A stretch of DNA of 64,000 nucleotides from NCBI GenBank assembly GCA_028534125.1, contig CM052852.1:96844001-96908000 (forward strand), given 5' to 3'. Origin of the DNA: Lama glama (Eukaryota). The position numbers were made by a program, and so were the translations under genes. The notes beneath the pieces are model-generated. The model ran no database searches and was not told the DNA's origin. It saw only the letters and a program-made list of their open reading frames with translations. This document shows, one piece after another, positions 16,946-29,100 of the stretch; the stretch's first letter is position 1; every line of letters begins with the position of its first letter.

Positions 16946-17760
16946 AAGTTTGGGAATTTTGAGAGTGGGTTGTTAAACACCAGCATTATTAAAAATTAAA
17001 TTATATAAAGTTCCACTTAAATTATGTCTTCTTTCACCACATTTCACGGTTATTTATGTCTTGTATCAGTTTGCTGGGAATCAATGTGACAGTGTGCTGC
17101 TCAGAATCTCTTCAGTGATGCCACATGAGCTCGGCCTGGTGGAAGTATTTGCCCCACAGGAATCAGCACAGCCTAAAAACCAGGGCTTGACCTGTTATTG
17201 TTCACTTGATTGTATAGATTTGAGTCTAGTAATTACAATGTGAATAGCAAAAAACAAAAAAGGAAAAACTTTCCCAACATCAAAAACTATTATCTGATTT
17301 GGCAGAGAATTTGCTCATGCCACCAATGAGCGTGTGAGGCGCCCTTGTCGTTTCACGTCCGTCTTCCTAGGTGAGGTAGGTGAAAACGCCAACCAGTGCT
17401 TATGTAGCGACCACACTCAGTCACAGGGTGCAATTTTGGGTCAGGTACAGATATGAGAGTTTGGCAAAAGTCAACTGAAAGGATTTTGTGAGAATCAACT
17501 GGCTGTATGGAATTTATAAACAGTGTATCATATATTTTAATGTGTATTGTGTATATATTTTAGATTTTACTGGCAAATTGTCTGCTCACATCCTTTACAT
17601 CAATAAAATTCATAATAAACTTACATACGTCTGTATGTGTCTCTGTGTATGTGCATATATATCCAAAGAGAGAGAGAGAAATAGACACACACACACACAG
17701 ACAGGTTTGCATTATTATTTTCCTGGAAAGCCACAGTCGCCGTTTATCAGCATATCACTG
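16946..17760 (+). mobile_element. MER63 (hAT-Blackjack) DNA transposon, containing an (AG)n(AC)n microsatellite at 17667-17702
   Basis: ttcagtgatgccaca..ggtggaagtatttgccccac..cagggctt and terminus ttttcctggaaagcc..cagcatatcactg. Confidence 0.7.
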
Positions 17761-19379
17761 CTTTCAGGCAGCAGGGCAGGCCCCAGCCTGTCTACCTGGC
17801 ACAGAAGGCTAAAGCTTGGCAAGCCCAGTCCAAGCAGAGGCTCGGGGAGGTCACCCGAGGCCAGCCTGGAGTGGTGACGGAGAAGCACCTGGGCCCTCAA
17901 AAGGTGACAGGGCACAAAACCCGAGACCATGCTGTAGTGGTGGCAGTGGCCCCGGATCAAGCCACCAACCTGCTTGCTCGGGCCTGGAGGGGCCTTCTTG
18001 GCATCTCCCGCTCAGTGAGCTGGTGGCCCAGAGCCTGGCCAACCAGGTAAAGGGGACTCAGCCTCACCTTAGTTCTCACGGCGTCCCCACTCCTTCAGCT
18101 CCAGCCTGCCGCCAGCTCCTGGACCGAGGCACAGCCTTGTGCCCTCTCCCTGGCAGTGCTCTCCCGGGGCAGGGGGCCGAGCTGACCACCCCCCTCAGGA
18201 AGCTCAGCAGTGCACAGACCACATGCAACCACACCTGCAAGCTCATCCCCCAGATCTGCCCCTGTGGCGCCCCCCCACCCCAACCCCTGCCATCCTGTCT
18301 GGGCCAGGCCAGCGGTTCTCCCTCCAAAAGGGCTATAGTCCATTCTCCACATCGCAGCTTGAGAAGTATTGTAAAACCGTAAATCTGATTTCTCCTCTAC
18401 CCTGCTTATAACACTCTGTTGCCCCCCATGGCCTTCAGGTTGGTCCAGACCACTGGCCCAGGCAATGACGGTGGCCCAAGGTGGCTGCTGCCTGTGTTCT
18501 GGCCTCACCATTCTGCCCCCTTGCACGTCGCTGTGGCTCTAGTCACTCTGACCTACTTAGGATTCCTGGACAGCCCAGCTGGCTCAAGGCTCAAGGCTCA
18601 AGGCTTTGCTCCTATGAGTCACTGTCGGGCATGGTGGCCCCACCCACCCCACCCCTTCTCACCCGCTCTCCGGCTCCCGGACATCTTGCCCCTGCCTTGC
18701 CCCACCCTTTGGTGACACAGGTGGGGCCCCAGAGGCAGGTGAGCTGGCTCCCCAAAGCCCAGCTGAGGGAAGCGGCTGCCGAGAAGCTGCCCTCCGCACA
18801 GAGCAGCCTCCCGGCCTGTCAGACCCCACCACAAGGGACGCAGGGCTCAAGACAGACTCCTTCCTAGGTGTCGCCCTCAATACACCAGCCCAGCACCTGT
18901 CCTAGTGCTCCAAGTTGGCTATGCAGCACAGCCTGGAGCCCACATGGTACCCACCCCTGTCACGCTAGACATTCCAGGCCCTCCTCTAGCACCCTGGGTG
19001 TGCCCCACACCATTCTGCTCTGTGTACTTGTCATCTCATTTCATCCTGCTGCCACTCAACCAGTGAGACAGAAGCTCTGGGAGACAAAGGAGCCGGGCAG
19101 CTCTGCGGACTCAGCTCCCTGGGCTTAGCCCGAGTTCCCTCAGGAACAGCCAGGGAGGAGGCCGGTGGCTCGGGGTCCACAGCCTCAGCCTGTCAGCCCC
19201 TTGGACCAGGTGGTGAGCGCCCACACCTCCCCCACCCACCCACCAGGCTCACCGTAGAGATAGGCCACCAGGGGGTAGCCCTGGGAGCTCTGCTCTGGCC
19301 CCTGGCCTGGCTCACCCACTCCGGGCAGGGTGTGGGGAAGGGGGCAACCAGAAAGCCAGCTGGTGAGCTGTTGTCACTA

Positions 19380-19385
19380 TTTATT
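19380..19385 (-). terminator. TREX2: TREX2 polyadenylation signal AATAAA
   Basis: tttatt on the + strand about 300 nt after the stop codon. Confidence 0.75.
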
Positions 19386-19683
19386 GAAAGACAGGGTGAT
19401 GAGTGGGAACCAGCAGCAGCAAAGTCCATGGGAACACAGGTTGGGGGAGGGCAGAGAGGAGGCTCCAGGGCTATGGGGAGAGTTAGGCCAGAGACTGGGG
19501 AAAGCCTGGTGGATGCCCTGCCCAGAGTTGCCCAGCCAAGAGGCTGTGGGGAGGGGCAGCGAGGTGGCGGTCCGGTGCCCGCTCCAGGACTCCAGGCCTG
19601 GCTGAACGGTTGAGGCTGGCACTGCCCATGGTGCAGGGAGTGGGCCTCTTTGCCCTGGGTGACAGTGTCATCAAGGCCCTGGC

Positions 19684-20394
19684 TCAGAACTTGAGACTCG
19701 GGCCATCGGGTGGCACATACATGGGCTCAACATTGGCCCAGCTGAGGGCCTGCTCATCGGCCCAGGCAAGCAGCTCGGCGGCTCGGTGCAAGAAGACCAT
19801 GAGCAGGGTGTGCACATCCCCCTCAGCCGAATGGGCCGCGCTCGGTTCCGCCTGAAAGTAGCGGCGGAAGAGGCTGCCCAGGCTGTAACACTTGCTGCCC
19901 TGGGCCCGGGTGCCGTGGCTGTGGGCACGGTCCAGGCCCCGCAGCGCCAGCAGTGTATCCAGGCAGACAGTGTCCCCGGGCAGGTGGGCGCCTAGGCGCT
20001 GCAGCTCCATGCACAGCAGGGGGAAGTCATAATCGAAGCCATTGTGGGCCACGAGGCAGACAGGGCCTTCCTGGCGGCTTAGGAATCCCTGCAGTGTCCG
20101 CACCACGGCGTCGTCAAAGCCTGCCTTCCGGCACCTCGCCAGGCCCTCATTGCTCAGGCCAGTGATCTCGCTGGCCCTGGTGGTGAAGGGGCGCTCCGGG
20201 CTCATGCACAGTGTGAGCTTATCCAGGACCCGGGGCAGCACAGGGGCGTCAGACTCGTCAAGCTCTGGATTCTCCAGCAACGAGCGGTGGACGGCAAACA
20301 GGGAGATCTCTGCGATCTCAGGGTCCATGCTGGGGAGACCGGTGGCTTCCAGGTCCAGGAAGACAAAGGTCTCAGCCCGGGGTGCCTTGGACAT
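19684..20394 (-). CDS. TREX2: Three prime repair exonuclease 2, 236 aa, single coding exon
   Basis: accATG start; MSKAPRAETFVFLDLEATG (D14,E16), AHNGFDYD (D123), AHSAEGD (H188,D193); acceptor ttggcag at 20429-20431; stop 19684-19686. Confidence 0.97.
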   Translation of the reverse strand: MSKAPRAETFVFLDLEATGLPSMDPEIAEISLFAVHRSLLENPELDESDAPVLPRVLDKLTLCMSPERPFTTRASEITGLSNEGLARCRKAGFDDAVVRTLQGFLSRQEGPVCLVAHNGFDYDFPLLCMELQRLGAHLPGDTVCLDTLLALRGLDRAHSHGTRAQGSKCYSLGSLFRRYFQAEPSAAHSAEGDVHTLLMVFLHRAAELLAWADEQALSWANVEPMYVPPDGPSLKF

Positions 20395-21109
20395 GGTGAT
20401 GTTCTCACAGGGACAGTGAAGCCTATAGCTGCCAAGGCAAGAGGCGCAAAACCTGAGGGCCAAGAGATGGGGATGCCTGGACCCAGCCACCCACAGCCAT
20501 GCTCGTGGCCAAGGTTCCCACCCGTGGTCACCCCCTGCCACCTCATGGGACTTCAGGCTCTAGGAGCCATTTCTAAGAGCCATATCCAGGCAGACTGTTC
20601 AGGGGCCTCCAGAGCTGGGACCCAGTGACTGGGGCCTGTTACTTCTTTTCTGTCCAGGGTGACGTCTCCTAGAGGATTGTCACCCCATCCACTCTGACTC
20701 TCTGTCCCTCCCTGGCCATCCCCACTACTACCACCTAGTTGACAGCAAAAGGAAGATCTGACATGCGCAGACCCCAGCCTAGAGGCCTCTGCCTCTGGCC
20801 TCCAGGGACACGGACATGGACAGGAAGAATGTGCCAGGCCCATGTCATCAGGGACTGGGGGAGGTGCAGCCCAGGATGGCGTCCTCACTGACACACCATG
20901 GCCAGGAGCCTTTGGCAATGCACCCCAGGGTCAGCAGCTGGGAAGCAGGCAAATGGGCACCCGAGAAAGCCCTCACGGTCACCCTCAGCCTCCCTGGCTT
21001 GGCCTCGTCTGGCCTCCTCCCTGGCACACAGGTCCTGGCCTGAATCCAGCCTCCACCTGCCTCCGGGACCCTGGCAGCTGTCCTTGCCAACCCTGCCGTG
21101 CCGGCTTAC

Positions 21110-21190
21110 CTGGGGCAGGTGTTGGCCGGCTTCCTGGGCTGCTGGGCACCTGTCTCCACACAGTCTGCTCCAGGCGGCCTTTAATCTGCG
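21110..21190 (-). promoter_or_regulatory. TREX2: TREX2 non-coding first exon and TATA-like element
   Basis: On the - strand, GATTAAAG at about 21179-21186 is followed by a strong donor CAG|gtaagc at 21110/21109. Confidence 0.55.
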
Positions 21191-22874
21191 GCCGTGGCCC
21201 GCCCCCAGCCGCCTGTTGGGCAACACGGAGGATTGAGGCCGCAGGACTTGTGTGGCCAGCTCGCCGCCTCCTTGGTCGCTCACGGCCACTGGGACACACG
21301 CTCCGTGTTTATAGACTGGAAACTGGCTCCCGGGCCGCACACAGGCTCCATGTCATCACAGGCACGAGAAGGGAGCCCAAGCCCTCCACCCAGCCTTGAC
21401 TCCGAGTCTAACTGGGCCCAGTACCGCAGCTGGGCCTGGCTTACGTTCAACACCCAGCCCCAGGCTGGGGCATCTCCCATGGAAGCAATGAGGCCCCTTC
21501 TCCAGGACATGGCTCCCCCGTCACAGGGGACTGAGCTGCCCCTTGGGAAGCTAACGTGAGCTGTAAGCACAGGCCTCGGTGTTGCCCCAGTGACAGGGGG
21601 TGGGGTGCCTCAGTGCAGCCCACACGCTGCCTGGCCATGCCTCACCCACCTTGTGGGCTCATCTTCCACCAGGAAAGGGAGATGGAGTCTGTTTCTCACA
21701 TATAATGACCCATAATATCTAAGGAGACTTTAGCAGAGACCACCAGGCAAGGAGAAAGAGGCAAGGTGGGCAGGAGCAGTGGGGGTAGGGGGGACAGGGA
21801 CGGTCTCAGAGGCACCCACAGCCCCAGCCTCTCAGAACCCAGGCTCTCGGGCCTCCCCAGCCCCAAGGGTTCAGTCAAGGGTGAAAGGCAGTCAAAATGG
21901 GAGGGGACTGAGGCCCTCCCTGGTCCAGGAAGCAGGTGGCATTATCCCCAGGACCTCATGCCAGGACAAGACGTGCCAGCCCTTGGCAGTGGGTGCTCAC
22001 AGGCCCGGTCTCCTGCTGGGGTACAAGGTGGCAATTGAGGTGCTGGCAGCAGCCTGCCCACTGCAGGTTCGCCAGAGTCCCTTAGTCTGTAAAGCTGTTG
22101 GTGAACCTGGACTGTGGTGACCACGGGCTGGCCTGTCTTCCCGTAGCAGCCATCTGGGAAGTGTCCCAGGCAAGCGACTAGGCCCAGGGGCTCCGGCAGC
22201 CCAGGTGGGAGGGGACCTGGTGTCCAGCTCCCAGGAGCCTCCTTGTCTGGAGCACCCACAGGGGAACTTGGGGAAACGAAGGTGCAGATACAGGGAGCAG
22301 GCCAGAGCGGGTAAAGCTGACACAGCCTAGAGAGGGAGGCCCCTCCCTCACCCCCTTCCACCTGCGGCTGGGCTGAGGAAGGCGGGGCCCCACCAGTTGT
22401 GCCTGTTCCCGTGCTTGAAGGGAGGGAGGAGGCTGTGACAGGCACAGCGCTCAGCGCTCAGGGAGATGGGTCACCCTGGGAAGCCCAGAGAACAGCTTCC
22501 TGGACAACCAGTCAGGCCACAGCACAAGCTCCCCAGGCTGGTGCGGTGTCCTGGGGAGGGAGGAGGAGGAAGCACATGGCCACCCGCTGCATCCAGGTGC
22601 GGTGCGTGCCTGGCTGAGGGGCTGCAAGGAGGCCTCATGTGGGGGCCCCCAGGCAGCAGGGGCGGGGGGGGGGGGCTCTGACCATACTCAGGACCAGGCA
22701 GAGGCAGGGGAAGGATGGCAGGAGGCTCCCAGCCAGGCGGGGCCCAGGACATGGAACAGGCGGGATGTGGAGAAGGGAGGACTGAGCACTGGGGCGACAG
22801 CAGAGGGAAGGAGGAGGTCACATGCAGACATGGAAGCAAAAAGCAGGTTGGAGGTAACTTCTTAGAACCTGAGT

Positions 22875-22880
22875 TTTCTT
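22875..22880 (-). terminator. HAUS7: Candidate non-canonical HAUS7 polyadenylation signal AAGAAA
   Basis: On the - strand, AAGAAA is followed about 30 nt later by U/GU-rich CTTTTTGCTTCCATGTCTGCATGTG; I found no AATAAA before TREX2. Confidence 0.45.
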
Positions 22881-22992
22881 TTCTCCCAGCTCACACTGCC
22901 CTACCCTGTCTCTACCCCTTCCCAAAGAGCTGCAGGCGCTGAGTACTCAGAGGCCGTGTCCAGAGAACTCGAGGGCTGTGACTGCTGATGGC

Positions 22993-23123
22993 TCAGCAAC
23001 CCCCGGCCCCTGCTGCCTGACAACTGGGGACAGAGCTGCCGGCTCCCAGGCTACCCCAGGCCTTTGTGCAGACCGTCGCTGAAAATCTCATATATTTCTG
23101 GGTTAGTTCTTCCATTTTGGTGG
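22993..23123 (-). CDS. HAUS7: HAUS7 exon 10 (last); [11 protein letters not shown] then a frameshifted tail (ortholog-like stop at 23051-23053)
   Basis: Strong acceptor ttttcttttctctgcag; phase 1; TGA at 22993-22995 in the assembled frame. Confidence 0.8.
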
Positions 23124-26100
23124 CTGCAGAGAAAAGAAAAAGGCCAATGGCAAAGTGAGTCTAGCGCTTCCCAGCCTGGAAGAAGCAGCTCCCCGCCTGC
23201 CCCCTCCCTGGCCCTCCTTCTCCACTGGTTTTCCACAGCGGGGCCTCCAGGGGGGCCTGACTCCCGCTGTGACTCAAAAGTGCTAAGCCAGGAGCTGCTG
23301 AGGGGGCAGGGGCTGGAGAGCACTGGGTGCCCTGAGCGAACAGAAGGCACCTGTGGGTGCCAGGTCGAGCCCCAGGCCAGGGCCCACTGGCCTGTCCCCG
23401 CCCCCAGCCCTCTCCCCAGAGCCCAGGGGCAGGGCTTGTTCTGATTTTGATGCTGTCTTCAGTTTTAGTCAGACCGGCAACCTATGCACACAGATCAATC
23501 AGCACAGGCCCTAGCTGCGCACCCCACCGCAGGCCAGCGCTGGGATTCTGCTGGGCTCTGGGGCAGGTGGGAAGGGAAATGCCACCATAACACACCTGCC
23601 TCCTGAGTACCAACTTCAGATAGTGAGCACTGGGCCACTGGCGCTCACTCCCACCCCGAACCCTCCCTATGGACTGGGGCTCTCCCTTCAGGTTTTCCTG
23701 CTGGTGGTGACGGAACTTAAAACAGACACCTAATGCTTCCTCCAACTTGCCTCCCTCCCTCCTGCCCATCCTCTCCCCTCCCACATGGCAAGGATGTTAA
23801 CTGGCATGTGGTCCTGCCCATCCCTGTGACTCCAAAGCTCAGGAATCAGGGGGTGGGCCTCGGGGCAGCCTGAGCAGGCGGACTCCTTACAGAGCTGAGA
23901 CAGCGCTCGGCCCACCCAGGTCCAGCCCTAGCAACCCTCCACGCTCACCATCAACACTCCCTCTGGGGCGTGGCCACATTTCTCCACAGATGGGATTTGG
24001 GAGTGTCCTCTGCCTTCACTAAATCCTCAGGTTTTCCCAATCCTAAGCTGCCCCCAGCCCCGCTCTGCTCCTGGGGACCCCCACCCCGGCTGCTTCATCA
24101 GCTCCATCTCCCCTCTGTCCTGTGCTCTCGGCGCTCCCTTGCCTTCTCTCGGCGTGGATCCCAGACTGAAAGCCCCTGGTCCTCTGAACACGCAGGACAT
24201 CAGCATCTGGAGGCCATGCGCTCTCTCCGGAAGCCAGGCCCGGTGCTGCGTCCCCGCTACTACGGACTCAGGAGGCTGGGCTTGGGGGCACAGCTTGTAG
24301 GTGGCATCTGCTCTGTCCTGGGAACCTGGACCTGCCACTGAGCTGCAACCTCCGCCTCATGGTCCTTCCTTTGTCTGCATCAGGCCTCGGCCTCGCTCTT
24401 CTTTGTCATCGTTTTGTTTACCAGTCCCTTTTTTCTCTACTCTGAAGATTCGTTGTCTCATTTGTTTTCTACTCTTTGCATGGGTTTTTTGAACTCTTTA
24501 ACAACCATTTTTAACTCCTGAGTATTTGCTTGCTTTTCTCCTTGCTGGTTCTTCATAGTTTCCTAGGTACGTTTGGACAAGATAGTGAGTACGTTAATTT
24601 CAATTTGTTGGAAATTTCTCTTCTCAGAATGAGCCAGTACCATGCTTTTCCAGGTCTTTCTCTCTTCATGGTATTGGCCCAGGTTGGAGAGAGGAGGCCA
24701 GGGCAGCTGGCGCACTGGCCCTGCTCTACTCCAGCGGAGCCGCCTGTTTCCTGCAGGGTCTCCCCAGCTGGGAACCATGAGGGGGGCAGGGCAGCAGGGA
24801 CAGGTAGGGACCAACCTTCACGCCAGGGACCCTGGCAGGCCAGAAAGAAGTGGGCTTCAGACGGGCCTCCAGCCACATTGGGAGCCCGGATTTGCCATTC
24901 AATTTGGTCATTTTCTCACTGGGAGTGCCAGTCCGTACAGACCTGCCTTGCTTATGCCCTCTACTTCTGGCCCACTGGCCACTGTCCCCTCCCTGGAACT
25001 TCCGGCCACGCAGCCCTGGGACCATGGTGGTTCCACCAGGCAGACCGGCTCCCCTACTGCCCCCTCGGGCCGTCCTCCCAGCTGCAGCTTGCTCCACCCA
25101 CTGCATCCATCAAACTACTCCCATGCACTTTCCAGCTTCCAGAAACCTGCTTTCAAAATAAATGGATATTTTCATCGCCTGGGAGGCAAATGGGGCTTCA
25201 GGTCCAGCCAGGTGAGAGGGTGACTGGTGGCTGATGATGGGATAAGCCACTCTCCGTCACCAAAGCCCCCTGCCCCGCACACGAGGCCATGGCTCCAGGT
25301 ACGGGCCCTGCAGGCACAATGGTCCCTCACTCAAGCCCCTCACTTCCAGCATGGGGACACGGGACCAACACAGCCCAGCTACAGCACCCAGAACGGTGGC
25401 CTAGCTTCTCAGACCAAGAGATGGAGCAGCAAAGACACACAGAGCTTGCACATGGTTGGCCCAAGGTCATAGAAACCAAGGACCTTGGTTTGTCAGGTAG
25501 GAACCAGGGAAATGCAAAGGCCATTCTAACTGGCCCCTGGCATGGGGCTGACACGGATCGTTTCTCTGTCGTGTCTATAGCACAAGAACACACCTCAAAC
25601 AAATGAGGAGGCTGCACTGACCAGAGCTGGGCCAGAGGTGTGCAGGGGCAGAAGGGAGCTCCCTGCTCGGGTGCAGCACTTGCCATCAAGACTCTCCAGG
25701 CTGCAGGGCAAGCGGATGCTTCTCTGCACGCAAAGCACAGGGGGAAGGGGCAGCGGCTCACCCCCTCCCCACTAGGGCGTGATGGAAAAGGTGAAGCCTG
25801 CACAGTCCTGTGAGCACTCCTGTGAGCAGGGGTGAAGACGTGGTCATTATTATACTAATGACAGCACAGGCTGTAGGCATCGTCTGAACAGCAATTACGC
25901 AATTACACGCAGGGGGGTGAGAGTCAGAGTGACAGTGATGATAAGGATAAACGTTATCAGAAATTTTAAAATGGAGGAATCTGTTGCAGTTCAGTCAGAA
26001 AGAAGAGAGACCCCTGGGCGGCCAGGGGTACATGTGCCAAGTGTGTGTGCCAAGCCAAGAGCAGCAAGAAGGCTGGCTTACCGAGGGGAGGGTGGGCTGG

Positions 26101-29100
26101 TGAGTTCATGCAGACAGCCCCCCAAAGGGAGGGCTCAGGGGCTACATGAGCTAAAGCCACCCCTCGGGGGCACACCGGGGCAGCATTCGCAGGCAGATGC
26201 TATAACTGCCACTGCCTAAGATGGGGGGATGAGAGTCAGAGTGAACAGCAGACAAACCAAAAGGCACGGAAGGAGAGGCTGCAGAATGAGATGTCCAAGA
26301 GGGCTCTGAACAGCTCTCACAGTCCGGGGGCTCTAGAGGCCACGTGCTCGCTGGAGCCGTGCAGATGCCCAGGGGAGAGCTGGGAAGGCCCTGAGCCATC
26401 GCCTCAGGTGGACCTCGAGACTGGGAGCCCCAGGAGGTACAGGAGAAGGAAGAGTCAACTGTCTGGCTGAATGTGGATGAAAAACATGAAGCTAAACATT
26501 CAAGGAGCTCGAAACACTCCAGATGGGAGAAACTTCAAGTGATCCACACCAAGGCACATTACAATCAGACTGTCAAAAGCCAAAGGTCTGGCTCCATGGC
26601 AACACACGTGAGAGGTAGGTGGAACAGGGACAGAAGTCTCACGGTGTCAGAGTGGCAGTGAGCTGTGGGCAGGAAGAGGCCGTGGGCATCTCCAGGGTAC
26701 GAGGCCTCTGCCAATTCCTGAACTGGGTTGTGTTTACACAACTATTGGCTTTAAAATCATTGCAACTGGACTGAACAGCATAGGGAAAACATCCTATTTT
26801 TCACCATTCTATCCCTGTGAGTTGAGACTCCTCCCTAAAAGCTATTTTTCTTATCACAGAAGAAAAGGTGGTAGGGAGACTTTTCTGAGTTTGTACTTCC
26901 ATAGGAAAGATAAACTTACTCAGAAAGAAAAGTTTAAAATTAAATTCAGATACAATTTTTCCCCTATCCAACAGCAGAAAGGTTGGAAGGAGCAAGGCCA
27001 GGGCTGATGAGGACACAGGAGGATGGAAACTGCTCAGCCTCACCACCACGAAGGCGGGAGCCCCTCCTCCACTGAAGGATGGGGGCTACAATGTCTAACC
27101 GTGCTCGTGACAGTTGAGACGACCACCTGAGTAATACATGTTCACTGGGGAACAGCTGAAGACTACAGAGCAGGATAAAGAAACAGTAAATGAATTAAAC
27201 CACCTCTGATTCTAACACGGAGAAAACCAAGGTCCACTTTCTAGCTCAGTTCCTACAAGGGATTCGTCTACATTTTTTCCCCTTTAGAAGAGTGAGATCA
27301 TACCGTGTATTTCATTTTTAACCTATATATTTCACTTTAACACTCTGCAATATGCATTTCCTCAGGTCATCATAACCAAGTTCTCAAACAACAAATACCG
27401 TCCCACCACCTACCTACACCGTTATTTATCCCAACGCTACCCCAGGGTAAGACCCTGGGTTGTTTCCATTTGTCATAGGTGTAAATCTTGCAACTGAAAA
27501 TGACCTACAGGCTCAGTAATAGAAAATGTTCAATAAATTATAGCAAATGCTTGAAAGGAACAGTGTTTGACAATTAAAAATGTGACTTCAGCAAGGGAGA
27601 ATGCTTACAATGAGGTCCAAGGCAAAGAATACAAGAGCGTACACATGCTGTGATTATACTCAACTCATGCAAACAAATAAAAAATAGATGAGAGGAAAAA
27701 GAATACAGGGAAACAGACCAAAATATTAACACCGACCATCTCTGGGCCACCCCATTATGCAACGTTTTTAGCTTACCTCTCCACGTCTTTGGACTATTCC
27801 AATTTTCTATAATTCATGTTTTTCTTTTATAGGCTGTCAAAAGCATTTTTTCAAGGGAAAGAAAACCTTATGCATTAGAAAAAGAAGAAACAAGTAAGGC
27901 ACCACTCCCCAAGTGCTGGTCGAGCACAGAAGGAGGCAGGTGCTAACCTGAGGTGTGCTGGGGCAGCCCCATCCCTGACCACCAAATGGGTGGCCACAGC
28001 CACAGAAAGTGGTGACCACATACCTAGACTCATCACAGAGTTGCTCCTGCCCCCGCAGACCGGCTCGCCCTGCTGCTGCTTTGCCATCTCCACGGCTTTC
28101 ACTGAGGTGTCAGTGACCTCCACGACTGCTTTCAATAGCTAGGCAGGAGGGGACACGCAGCCACTGAATGCTGGTGATCTGGCCTACAGAAGGCACCTCC
28201 TGCTTCACATCCAGGCTCACACTGAATATGTGCTCTGCCCTAGACCCTCAAATATATGACATTCATCCCCAAGGACAGCCCAGGGCGAGGGCAGGACTCC
28301 CAGCTGGAGAGTCACCAATCAGCGTTCCCCAACCTAACTCCCTTCCTCCTGGCCCAGAGGGGGCACTATCACGTGCTCCATCCCACATTGTTAGCCAAGC
28401 AAAGCCAGTGGCAGAGTGGGATGGAGTGTCCCAAAATAAAAGGGCCTTTCTGATGGGAGAAGACTGTGCTCTAACTTGTCCTGTTGGTAGAATCACAAAG
28501 GACAGGCTGGTCAGAGGTTTGGAAATCTAGGAGTTTTTTGTTAAAAAGCCAAGGCCAACATCATGGAAGCCCTGAGCCAATGTCAGAGTTCTATGCATGG
28601 CAACTGTACTCATAATCATAACCCAGCCTAGCATCTTAGGTCAGCCTCTGGGGATCTGAAACATAGAATAACGCAGTGAGTCAATACTGACGTAGTCAGC
28701 ACAGAGGCGTGTGACCGCTTCTTCCTGTCTGTCTGAACTGGGCCAAGGGCACAGATAGGCAGGCACCTATCTGTCTAGCGTAGTTCTTGGACATTCATAA
28801 GAAAGAAGAGATTCTGATACATTTGGGTGTACCGTGAAAACAGAGACCAATACAGGAACAGAAGCTGGAGGTGAGGGTCTCCTACAGTTGCTAGGACCCC
28901 GAGCAGGCAGTGCACACACCCCTTCTGGGCCAAGGGTCTTGGCTGAGTTAGTACCTTCTTGAAGTGCAGGGAACCCACAGGGGGACATCCCCATCAGCCC
29001 TCATCCCCTCCATGGCACCAGGAGAGGCACCTGCCCCAACCCACCCAAAGTCCCATACTGAGGCCTAGAGCCTGGAGCCCAGTGTGCCACTCACTCGCAG

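Noticed and set aside
20395-20541. 49-aa N-terminal extension of TREX2 in the ORF track
   Set aside because: Non-ATG start inside the intron, upstream of the acceptor at 20429; the ATG at 20394 gives the standard 236 aa
21696-21878. Minus-strand ORF as the HAUS7 last exon
   Set aside because: No similarity; [11 protein letters not shown] at 23123 is the real terminal exon
22664-22675. G12 run as a termination pause element
   Set aside because: It is C-rich on the HAUS7 sense strand and has no other support
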